Assembly: GCA_963711305.1 (NCBI GenBank)
Contig: CAVQDT010000001.1
Span: 514,432 to 578,431 of the forward strand
From: an uncultured Pseudomonadota bacterium
GTDB lineage: Bacteria > Myxococcota_A > Polyangia > Fen-1088
DNA length: 64,000 nucleotides
Direction of reading: 5' to 3'
A program made the position numbers and the translations under genes. Shown here one piece after another: positions 38,718 through 47,223 of this stretch; the stretch's first letter is position 1, and each line of letters opens with the position of its first letter. The notes under the pieces are model-generated. The model made no database searches and was not told the origin of the DNA. It saw only the letters and a list, made by a program, of their open reading frames with translations.

Positions 38718-39837
38718 ATGGACACCTCACCACCAACCCACGCGACGCTCCCGGCCCAGCTCGGGCTCACCGCTCTGTTCGCCGAGCAAGAGCGGGTGGT
38801 GCGCCGCGCGCTCAGCATTCCGCGCGTCGCCGAGCTCGCAGCGACGACGCGCGTGGGAACCACGCCCAGCGATGTGGTGCTCGAGGCCGGTACGCACCGG
38901 CTCGTGCGTTACCGGCGCGAGACGCCCGCTCTCTACGCAGAACCGGTGCTGTTCTGCTACGCGCTCATCAACCGGCCCTACATCCTCGACTTGCTCCCGG
39001 ACAAGAGCATCGTGCGGCGCTACCTCGAGGCGGGCTTCGACGTCTACATGATCGACTGGGGCGTGCCCGTCCGACGGCGATCGGCACCTGACCCTCGAGC
39101 ACTACGTGTGCGGTTTCCTGCGCGCATCGATCCAGCACGTTCTGCGCGCGAGCGGACGAGACAGCGTTCACCTCCTCGGCTACTGCATGGGCGGAACGAT
39201 GTCGGCGCTGTCGACGGCGATAGAGCCCGAGCCGATCCGCACCCTCACCCTGCTGGCGGCCCCGATCGACTTCGCCGGGCGCGAGACGCTGCTCAACGTC
39301 TGGACCGACCGCCGGTACTTCGACGCGGACGCCTTCATTGGCGCCTATGGCAATTGCCCCGCCTGGTTCCTGCAGTCCTGCTTTCTCGGCATGAACCCGA
39401 TCCAGGCCTTCCTTGGAAAACCGGTCGGATTCTACGAGCAGATGGACGATGCGCAGTTCGTCACCAACTACTTCGCCATGGAGCGATGGATCAACGACAA
39501 CATCCCGATCGCGGGCGAGACGTTCCGCGCGTTCGTGAAGAACCTGTATCAGAGCAACCAGCTGGTACGGGGTGAGCTGCGACTGGGCGGGCAGCTCGTC
39601 GACCTCGGGCGGATCAGCTGCCCGCTGCTGTTGCTGACGGCGAAGAACGACCATCTGGTCGACCCGCCGTCGACGGAGGGGATCCGTCCCCACGTGGGGT
39701 CGAGCGACGTGAAGTCGATGATGATCGACGCGGGGCACGTGGGTCTGGTGGTCGGCGGCAAGGCGCAGAAGACGTTCTGGCCGCAGGCGACGCGCTGGCT
39801 CGCCGATCGATCCACGCCGGCGGCGCAGGCGGCTTGA
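38718..39837 (+). CDS. phaC: short-type (class III/IV-like) PHA synthase PhaC; reading frame broken at ~39066-39069
   Basis: The N-terminal part is in frame 2 (...VLFCYALINRPYILDL...GFDVYMIDWGVP). The remainder is in frame 0 (SDGDRHLTLEHYV...LLGYCMGG lipase box...). Removing one C of CCC 39066-39068 restores DWGVPSDGDRHLTL. Confidence 0.85.
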
Positions 39838-39841
39838 CCAC

Positions 39842-40741
39842 ATGACCACCAACGGACGCACGCGGGTCGCCATCGCCTGCCAGGGAGGCGGGAGCCACAC
39901 GGCGTTCACGGCGGGCGTCCTGCAAGGGGCGCTGGCGAACCTGCCCGCCGACGTCGACGTCGTCGCGCTGAGCGGCACATCGGGCGGCGCGATCTGCGCG
40001 GCGCTGGCCTGGGAGGCGCTGGTGCGCGGTGAGCCGCGACGGGCGGTTCGCACCCTGCAGGAGTTCTGGGATTCGATGGGCGCCAGCGATCCCTGGGATC
40101 GGCTCGCCAATCAGGCCCTGATGAGCGTCATGTCCATGCGGGACCTCATGGTGCTGCCGGAGATCAGCCCGTATCAGCTGCCGACGTGGGGCGCCGAGCG
40201 CTTCCGCGCCGTCCTCGACCAGTTCTTCGCCTTCGACGAGCTCCGCCAGCTGGCCGGCCGCCCCGGCGGGCCCATCCTGCGGATCGGCGCGGTCGAGGTG
40301 TTGAGCGGGCACTTCGAGCTGTTCGCGGGCGAGGAGCTGTGCGCCGAATGCCTGCTGGCATCGGCCGCGATCCCGGAGATGTTCCAGGCGGTGCAGGTAC
40401 CGGGGCGGGGTGTGTACTGGGACGGCCTGTTCTCGCAGAACCCGCCGATCCACCACCTCATCGATCATCAGATCGACGAGCTGTGGCTGGTGCAGATCAA
40501 CCCGAGCACGTGCGCGCGTGTCCCCGTCGAGACGCACGAGATCCTCGATCGGCGCAACGCGCTCTCGGGAAACCTGTCGATGGAGCAAGAGCTGATCTTC
40601 ATCGAGATGCTGAACCGCGGGATCGCGCGCGGGCGCATCAACGATCCCGATCTGCGCCCCATGCGTGTCTCGCGCATCTCGATGGATCGCGAGCTCAACT
40701 ACCGATCGAAGCTCGATCGCCGACCTGAGCACCTCGACTGA
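39842..40741 (+). CDS. patatin-like phospholipase
   Basis: 299 aa. Oxyanion GGGSHTAF, GxSxG (GTSGG), and a downstream DG catalytic Asp context. Confidence 0.85.
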   Translation: MTTNGRTRVAIACQGGGSHTAFTAGVLQGALANLPADVDVVALSGTSGGAICAALAWEALVRGEPRRAVRTLQEFWDSMGASDPWDRLANQALMSVMSMRDLMVLPEISPYQLPTWGAERFRAVLDQFFAFDELRQLAGRPGGPILRIGAVEVLSGHFELFAGEELCAECLLASAAIPEMFQAVQVPGRGVYWDGLFSQNPPIHHLIDHQIDELWLVQINPSTCARVPVETHEILDRRNALSGNLSMEQELIFIEMLNRGIARGRINDPDLRPMRVSRISMDRELNYRSKLDRRPEHLD

Positions 40742-40838
40742 GCTGAGGGAGTTCGGCCGTACGAAGTGGCGCTGGTTCTTGAAAGAGCGCGAAACGCGCG
40801 TCGAACAATCTTCACACAAGGGGGCGGCGTAATCGGTC

Positions 40839-41825
40839 ATGGGAATTCGAATCACCGGTATCGGCGGCTATGTCCCTGAGAGGGTCATGACCAATCACGA
40901 GTTCACGAAAAGCGTGAACACATCCCACGAGTGGATCCTGGCCAAGACGGGGATCGTGGAGCGGCGCCTGGCGGCGCCTGGCGAGGCTCCCAGCGACATG
41001 GGAGTCCGGGCGGCGCAGCGCTGCCTGCAAAACGCGGGCGTCGACAAATCGGAGGTCGATCTCATCGTGGTCGCGACCGCGACGCCCGACCAATCGCAGC
41101 CGGCCACCGCGTGCCTGCTGCAGGAAAAGCTGGGGGTCGCGGACAGCCAGTGCCCGGCGTTCGACGTGAGCTCGGTGTGCTCGGGCTTCGTGTTCGCGCT
41201 CGACGTCGCGCAGAGCATGATGCTGGCGGCGCCCACGCAGTTCCGCCACGCGCTGGTCATCGGGTCGGACGCCTTCTCCAAGATCATGAACTGGACCGAT
41301 CGACGGACCTGCATCTTCTTCGGCGACGCCGCCGGGGCCGTGCTGCTGTCGCGGACCGACGACGACCGGCGGATCCATTTCCGCCTGGGCAGCGACGGGC
41401 GCGGGAGCCGCTGCATCGAGGTCCCGGCCGGCGGCAGCAAGATTCCGGTCACGCCCGAGGTCCTCGACAAGCACCTCAACACGTTCAACATGGACGGTCC
41501 CAAGGTATGGGACTTCGCCATGCGGACGGTCCCGCGCGCGATCCAGCAACTGCTGGCCGAGCACAATCTGAAGCCGCGCGATCTCGACCTCCTGGTGCTG
41601 CATCAGAGCAACCTGCGCATGATCGAGAACATCATGACGGCGCTGGAGCTCTCGATGGAGCAGACGATCACGACCGTCGAGACCTACGGCAACACTGCGG
41701 CGGCCAGCATCCCGCTCACGCTCGACAAGGCTTACGAGGCCGGCCGGCTCAAGCCCGGCTCGCGCGTGATGTTGTGCGGGTTTGGCGGGGGGCTATCCTG
41801 GGGCGCGGCGCTGGTCGACTGGTAA
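40839..41825 (+). CDS. KAS III (FabH-like) beta-ketoacyl synthase
   Basis: 328 aa. Cys-His-Asn triad contexts (SSVCSGFVFAL, LHQSNLRMI, YGNTAAASIPL). Not located in a plsX-fabD-fabG-acpP context. Confidence 0.9.
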   Translation: MGIRITGIGGYVPERVMTNHEFTKSVNTSHEWILAKTGIVERRLAAPGEAPSDMGVRAAQRCLQNAGVDKSEVDLIVVATATPDQSQPATACLLQEKLGVADSQCPAFDVSSVCSGFVFALDVAQSMMLAAPTQFRHALVIGSDAFSKIMNWTDRRTCIFFGDAAGAVLLSRTDDDRRIHFRLGSDGRGSRCIEVPAGGSKIPVTPEVLDKHLNTFNMDGPKVWDFAMRTVPRAIQQLLAEHNLKPRDLDLLVLHQSNLRMIENIMTALELSMEQTITTVETYGNTAAASIPLTLDKAYEAGRLKPGSRVMLCGFGGGLSWGAALVDW

Positions 41826-41833
41826 GGGGGGAG

Positions 41834-42482
41834 GCGCGCACCGGGGCGGATCGCCAGGAACGGTGACGGCAGCGTACATGAGGACGGCTTCGATCTCTCC
41901 GTTGTGGGGCGCGAGAGGCGTGGGGGTGGGGTGTTCCTCTTGCGGGGGACGCGGCCCTCACGCCGCCGGTCGCGCCGACAACCCCCACCCGGCCGGAGAG
42001 CCGGGGACTCGACCGGGGGCCCGAGCGAACTGACGTCCGTCCGGCGGCACGGGGGCCGCTCCCTCGGCGCTGGCGACCTGGCCGCGGACGGCAGGAGCGC
42101 GCCTCGGAGCCCCCGCAAGAGGAACACCCCACCCCCACGCCTCTCGCGCTGGTGACAACTACGTTTCACTGCGCCTGAGGGCGTTCGTGTTTTTTATTTG
42201 AACGTACCCGGACGCGCATTCCAGCATCGTCCACGCGATCTCTTCGCTAAGTACGCCGCAGTCACTTAGCAAAGGGCCCCAATTGCGATCGCTCGTCTGA
42301 TCACAGTCACGTAGCGACGGGTCTCCGTTCACGATCGGTCAACGCTCGTCCGATAGCTCAATTTAAGATACGAACGCCCTCAGGCGCAGTGAACGGAGCT
42401 TGTCACCCCTCAACGGAGAGATCGAAGCCGTCCTCACGTCCCCCACCGTCCCCGTTCCTGGTTACCCTCCCCGGTGCGCGCC
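41834..42482. repeat. composite nested inverted-repeat (MITE/REP-like) element, copy A
   Basis: Outer arms 41834-41920 / 42407-42482. Perfect 40-bp inverted repeat 41909-41948 / 42110-42149. Third pair 42151-42188 / 42370-42407. No credible ORF. Confidence 0.85.
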
Positions 42483-43766
42483 CTAGCCCGCCCGCCGAAT
42501 GAAGTCACGCACCTGCGGGTAAACGATCTCGCGCCATCGCCGGCCGCTGAAGGTGCCGTAATGGCCGGCGCCCTCGACGGTGATGTGGGTCTTGCGCTCG
42601 CCCGGGATGCCGCTGCACAGATCCAGCGCGACTCGCGTCTGCCCCGTACCCGAGATGTCGTCGAGCTCGCCCTCGATGGTGAGCAGCGCGGGGCGCGTGA
42701 TCGCCTCGGGCGCGACGCGCTGCCCGCCCACGTGCCACAGCCCGCGCGGCAAGAGGTGCTGCTGAAACACGATGCGCACGCAGTCGAGGTAGTACTCGGC
42801 CGGGACGTCGAGGACAGCGTTGTACTCGTCGTAGAAACGACGGTGCGCGTCGGCATCGTCCAGGTCGCCCTGTACGAGGTGCTGGTAGAAGTCCCAGTGA
42901 GAAGAGAGATGCATCACCGGGTTCATGGCCATGAACCCGGCGTGCTGCAGGAACCCCGGATAGACGCGACGGCCTCGCCCCGGGTAGTTGCCCGGCACCC
43001 GGTGAGTGACGTGAGTCTCGAACCACTCGAGAGACTTGGTGCTCGCCAGGTCGTTGACCCGCGTCGGGCTGCGGCGCGTGTCAATCGGCCCACCAATCAT
43101 GGTCAGGCTGCGCGGCTGCGGCTCACCCGCCGTCGCCATCAGCGACACGGCCGCCAGCACCGGCACCGTGGGCTGGCACACGGCCATCACGTGGAGGCGC
43201 TCGGTGCCGATGTGCCGGATGAACTCGCGGATATAGGTGACGTAGTCCTCGAGCGTGAAGGGGCCGCGTTCGCTGGGCACCATTCGCGCGTCGACCCAGT
43301 CGGTGATGTACACCTTGTGGTTCGCCAGCAGAGCTCGAACCGTCTCGCGCAGCAGCGTCGAGTGGTGGCCCGACAGCGGCGCCACCACCAGCACCACCGG
43401 ATCGCGTTTCAGCGCCTTGATGACCTCGGCTCGGTCGCTGTGGCGTTTGAATCGCAGCAGCCGGCAGAAAGGCTTGTCGATGATCGTCTTCTCGACGACC
43501 GGCACCTCGGCGCCATGAGCCTCGACCGACTGGATGCCGAACTCGGGCTTCTCGTAGTCCTTGCCGAGGCGGTAGAACAGCTCGTAACCGGCGGCGATCC
43601 GCGCCGCGCCGGGAAGCTGAGCCAGCCAGCTCCCCGGAGCAGAAAACATGCGCGCTCCGGCGTGCGCCAGCAAAGTAGCTGGGCCGAGGAATGTACGGTT
43701 GAGCTCGTGAATCTCGTACAGCACTTGAATAGGCCGTGTCTTTCCGGCCTGTTGGCCAACGAACAC
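42483..43766 (-). CDS. phaZ: intracellular PHB/PHA depolymerase
   Basis: 427-aa ORF. The family-typical N-terminus MLYEIHELNR would start at GTG 43722-43724. Conserved ...VVAPLSGHHSTLLR...YITDW...CQP... blocks. Confidence 0.9.
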   Translation of the reverse strand: MFVGQQAGKTRPIQVLYEIHELNRTFLGPATLLAHAGARMFSAPGSWLAQLPGAARIAAGYELFYRLGKDYEKPEFGIQSVEAHGAEVPVVEKTIIDKPFCRLLRFKRHSDRAEVIKALKRDPVVLVVAPLSGHHSTLLRETVRALLANHKVYITDWVDARMVPSERGPFTLEDYVTYIREFIRHIGTERLHVMAVCQPTVPVLAAVSLMATAGEPQPRSLTMIGGPIDTRRSPTRVNDLASTKSLEWFETHVTHRVPGNYPGRGRRVYPGFLQHAGFMAMNPVMHLSSHWDFYQHLVQGDLDDADAHRRFYDEYNAVLDVPAEYYLDCVRIVFQQHLLPRGLWHVGGQRVAPEAITRPALLTIEGELDDISGTGQTRVALDLCSGIPGERKTHITVEGAGHYGTFSGRRWREIVYPQVRDFIRRAG

Positions 43767-43781
43767 AAATACTATACAGAA

Positions 43782-43841
43782 GATTCTCGTCCGTTGTTGT
43801 GCTGATTCGTCCGTTGCGGTGCTGTTTTGATTCGTTGCCGC
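43782..43841. repeat. ~21-nt direct repeat (about 2.5 copies) in the phaZ upstream / bdhA downstream spacer
   Basis: gattctcgtccgttgttgtgct / gattcgtccgttgcggtgct / gattcgttgccgcc, in an A/T-richer spacer. Confidence 0.5.
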
Positions 43842-43865
43842 CCTGACGCAACTGAAGCCCGGAGG

Positions 43866-44624
43866 TCAGCGTGCCGTCCAGCCGCCGTCGACCACGATCG
43901 TCTGCCCGGTGATGTTGCGCGCGGAGGGCGAGGCGAGGAATGCGGTGATGCCGGCGAGCTCCGCAAACGAGATGAACACCCCCTTCGGCATCGGCTCGAG
44001 CATGACGCGGCTGATGACCTCGGTCTCGGATATGCCGCGCAACCGGGCCTGCTCGGCGATCTGCTTGTCGACGAGGGGCGTCTTCACGTAGCTCGGACAG
44101 ATGGTGTTGATGGTGATGTCCGTGTCGGCTGTCTCGAGCGCGATCGCCTTGGAGAAGCCGATCAGGCCGTGCTTGGCCGCGACGTAAGCACTCTTGTACG
44201 GGCTGCCCACCAGCGAGTGAATACTCCCGATGTTGACGATGCGGCCGAAGCCGCGCGCGCGCATGCCGGGCAGCACCGCGCGGGTCAAGCGCGCCACGCC
44301 GGTCAGCATCACCTGGATGAGGAAGTCCCAGCGGGCGATCGGAAACTCCTCCAACGGCGCTACCTGTTGCAGACCGGCGTTGTTGACGAGCAGATCGATC
44401 GGCCGCGACACCGCGGCGACCGCGGCCGTCACGCTGGCGTCAGAGGTGACATCCAGCGGCAGTGCCTCCACCGACCCGCCGCTCGAGCGGATCCGGGCAC
44501 TCACCTCGTCCGTGTCTTCGCCCCGGACGTCGCTGACGATGACGTGATGGCCGGCGCCGGCCAGCTCGATTGCCAGGCCGGCCCCGATGCCACTCGCGGC
44601 ACCCGTGATCAGGATGCTGTGCAC
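43866..44624 (-). CDS. bdhA: 3-hydroxybutyrate dehydrogenase (SDR)
   Basis: ILITGAASGIG, LVNNAGLQQVAPLEEFP, YVAAKHG, and a C-terminal VVDGGWTAR. GTG 44624 avoids overlap with the upstream gene; the ORF track start is 44678. Confidence 0.85.
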   Translation of the reverse strand: MHSILITGAASGIGAGLAIELAGAGHHVIVSDVRGEDTDEVSARIRSSGGSVEALPLDVTSDASVTAAVAAVSRPIDLLVNNAGLQQVAPLEEFPIARWDFLIQVMLTGVARLTRAVLPGMRARGFGRIVNIGSIHSLVGSPYKSAYVAAKHGLIGFSKAIALETADTDITINTICPSYVKTPLVDKQIAEQARLRGISETEVISRVMLEPMPKGVFISFAELAGITAFLASPSARNITGQTIVVDGGWTAR

Positions 44625-44637
44625 GAGCTCCCGTGGC

Positions 44638-45252
44638 TCAGGTCGAGCGCGCCGCTTGATCCAAACGGCGGTGCTCACTGCCCCAGCGCCGGAGACGGAG
44701 CGCCTCGGTATCCAGAAGCACGCCGAAGATCAATGCGTAGATGCCGGCAACCCACATCAGTGCGAATACGCCGATGGCCGGGAGGGCCAGCAACAGAATG
44801 CCGAACGCGATCGATGCCAGGCCGCCCAACCACAGCATCACGGTCGGGGTGCCGAGCGCCCGGCGCACGCTAACGCCTGTGGCGATCTCAGCCAGGCCGA
44901 CCACGATCGAGCGGATCCCGATCAGCACCAGTAGCATGAAGCCGAGCACTCCGGGTCGGGCGAAGGCCAGCAAGCCCACGCCGACGCTCAGCAGGCCCTC
45001 CAGCAGGTAGGGCCACCAACTTCGTCCCTTCTCCTCCGCGTGGAAGGCTGCGACGATCGTGAAAATCCCGTCAACGAAGACGTAGATCCCCAGCAAGGCG
45101 ACAAACAGCGAGAATGTCGGCCGCGGCGCCGCCAGCATCATGATTCCCAGCACGATCGCGGCCAGCCCTCGAAGCGCGACCGCCCACCAGGCCCGCCGAA
45201 ACACGTCGCCCGCTGCTTCATCGATGAGTTTCGTCTCTGCTCGTTCGCGCAT
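44638..45252 (-). CDS. HdeD-family (DUF308) membrane protein
   Basis: AGGAGG RBS and ATG 45250-45252. Six TM segments with repeated G-rich helices. Confidence 0.7.
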   Translation of the reverse strand: MRERAETKLIDEAAGDVFRRAWWAVALRGLAAIVLGIMMLAAPRPTFSLFVALLGIYVFVDGIFTIVAAFHAEEKGRSWWPYLLEGLLSVGVGLLAFARPGVLGFMLLVLIGIRSIVVGLAEIATGVSVRRALGTPTVMLWLGGLASIAFGILLLALPAIGVFALMWVAGIYALIFGVLLDTEALRLRRWGSEHRRLDQAARST

Positions 45253-45399
45253 GAGCCGCCTCCTTTCGTCACTCCTCACCTGCAACTTGGGTCGGTCGCT
45301 CAGGCCTGCAACTGCCTGCGGCGCCCAACCATGCGCACGATGGCGCATGGGGTCCATCGGCACCACTCACGATTGGAAGAGCTTCGGTTGAGGCGCGCT

Positions 45400-47202
45400 C
45401 TAAGTCTTGAACGGCCTCCAGGCGAATTGATCGACGAGCTCCGGCCGCACCTCTCGGCGCAGCGGATCCGCGGCGCCGATGCACCAGCCGTCGATGCCGC
45501 TCCCGTCGGCTCTCACCCGCAGCCGCACGAAGTGTTTGAATCCGGGGTGATCGAGCGCGGTCAGCGCATTGAGGTGATCGTAGCCGGCCAGAGTGAACAG
45601 GGTCAGCAAAGCGCCGAATGCGAGTGTGCCGACGAACGCCGCCAGGGCCAGCGCCCCGAATGATACAGCGAGCCGGGCCCCTGGGTGGGTGAGATGAGAT
45701 CGCACGACGGACGCGAGCAACGACGCCGCGACCGGAAGCAGCGCGAAGACCGCCGCGGCCGTGAAGGCGAGCGGTAGCACCCGCCTCCGGCCCGGCCTTG
45801 GGCCCACCAGGCCCCCGAGGAGGGCGAAGACCAGGCCAAGCACGATCGTCTCGCCGATCGCCGCCGCAACCCGGCCCCCCAACCGCGCGAGGGGGCCCCC
45901 GCTGAACAGAACCGTCGGTGCATAAAGGAGCAGCAAGCAAAGATGAGGCAGCCAACCCGAACGCCCGCGGGCGAGCTTCCAGGGAACGCCACGGAGCAGC
46001 GCTCGCGACTGCGCGACGTTGGGCCAGCTCACGGTCGGTGGCAGCCCGCCTTTCGCAATGCGCGCGGGGTGAAGGAACGCGCCGCCGCCGCCCGCGATCA
46101 CGTGCAGCGCTTCGCCTCGCTCCGACCGCTCGTAGTGGTGAATGTCGCCGCTCAGAACGAAGGTCTTCCGTGCCGTCGCGTCGATGCGAAGGTTGTCGAC
46201 CATCTGGGTGCCGGTCTTGCTGGGATCACCGAACAAGTGAACCGGATCGGGAATCACGACCAGCGCCGCCGAACCCGGGTGGGCCCGATAGGCACGTCGG
46301 AGATACGTGCGCTGGCGCGGATCGATCGCCGTCAGCTGCCGATCGACGGCGATCAGATCGATCCCAGGCGCGAGCCGCAGCGCGAAGTAGCTCGCGTTCT
46401 GGACGGGCGTGTAGCCCGACAGCACCAGCGCGTCCGGCTTGTCGACGGTGCCAGCCTGCACGAACTCGCGCAACCATTCGACGGAGTGCGCCAGCTGGGA
46501 TGATCGCACGCCGACCAGCGGCGCCGGCAGCTCCACCGCGTCCACGCGGCACCGAAACATGCGCGCGAAGCCGTCTGCTCCGTCGTACCAATCGTGATTG
46601 CCGGGGATACCGAGCAAGACGCGGTGCCGATGCTCGCCGTCGCCGTCACCAGGCAGCGCCGCCAGCACCTGATTCCAGGGGACGATCACGCGATTGAGGA
46701 TCTCCTGTGCAGTGCCGACCGGATACGCGGTGTCGCCGCCAAAGAACAGGATGTCGCCCCGGGGCGCGGTCAGGAATTGACCGGGCCGATCCGGATCGGG
46801 CAGCTCGTAGGAGGCGAACACCAGCCCGGCGACCGCGCGGCTGACCGTCACGTCGTCACCGGTGTCGGACACGAAGTCGATGTAGAGGTCGCGCCCGAGC
46901 CCGTCGACCAGGCTGGGCGCAGTCGGATCGCCGCCCAGCGTCCCCGCGATGCGCGCCCGCAGGACCTCCGGATCGTCCGCCGTCATCCAGTGGCGCGAGT
47001 CGACGCCCTCGGAGGCGATCGCTGCCGCGAACAGATGCCGCAGGTGTCCCCAGAATGAATGGGCGCCGAACCAGGTCACCCCCCTGGGTCTCTCCCATCC
47101 GCGAACGAACCGGTGAAGGAGGCGCTCCGAGACCGGCGCCGGCCGCATTGGCTCCAAGCGACACCTCGGGCCGATTGTAATCACCGGCGCCGCGAGCGGC
47201 AT
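45400..47202 (-). CDS. calcineurin-like metallophosphoesterase with C-terminal multi-TM region
   Basis: DFVSDTGD, GGDTAYP and GNHDWYDG motifs. The C-terminal ~200 aa are hydrophobic. Confidence 0.75.
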   Translation of the reverse strand: MPLAAPVITIGPRCRLEPMRPAPVSERLLHRFVRGWERPRGVTWFGAHSFWGHLRHLFAAAIASEGVDSRHWMTADDPEVLRARIAGTLGGDPTAPSLVDGLGRDLYIDFVSDTGDDVTVSRAVAGLVFASYELPDPDRPGQFLTAPRGDILFFGGDTAYPVGTAQEILNRVIVPWNQVLAALPGDGDGEHRHRVLLGIPGNHDWYDGADGFARMFRCRVDAVELPAPLVGVRSSQLAHSVEWLREFVQAGTVDKPDALVLSGYTPVQNASYFALRLAPGIDLIAVDRQLTAIDPRQRTYLRRAYRAHPGSAALVVIPDPVHLFGDPSKTGTQMVDNLRIDATARKTFVLSGDIHHYERSERGEALHVIAGGGGAFLHPARIAKGGLPPTVSWPNVAQSRALLRGVPWKLARGRSGWLPHLCLLLLYAPTVLFSGGPLARLGGRVAAAIGETIVLGLVFALLGGLVGPRPGRRRVLPLAFTAAAVFALLPVAASLLASVVRSHLTHPGARLAVSFGALALAAFVGTLAFGALLTLFTLAGYDHLNALTALDHPGFKHFVRLRVRADGSGIDGWCIGAADPLRREVRPELVDQFAWRPFKT

Positions 47203-47223
47203 CGGCGGCGGTCCCGGGTCGGA

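Noticed and set aside
41859-42169. Several 60-145-aa ORFs on both strands inside repeat copy A (41904-42155, 41732-42169, 41958-42158), and similar ones in copy B (56523-57560 N-terminus, 56596-56823).
   Set aside because: They are mirror images generated by the inverted repeats. The same peptide strings (for example RKRNTPPPRLSR) appear on both strands. They lack an RBS and have Arg/Pro/Gly-rich composition.
41834-42482. CRISPR array or retron msr/msd as an explanation for the repeats.
   Set aside because: The repeats are inverted, not direct with unique spacers. No cas genes and no reverse-transcriptase ORF exist within the window.
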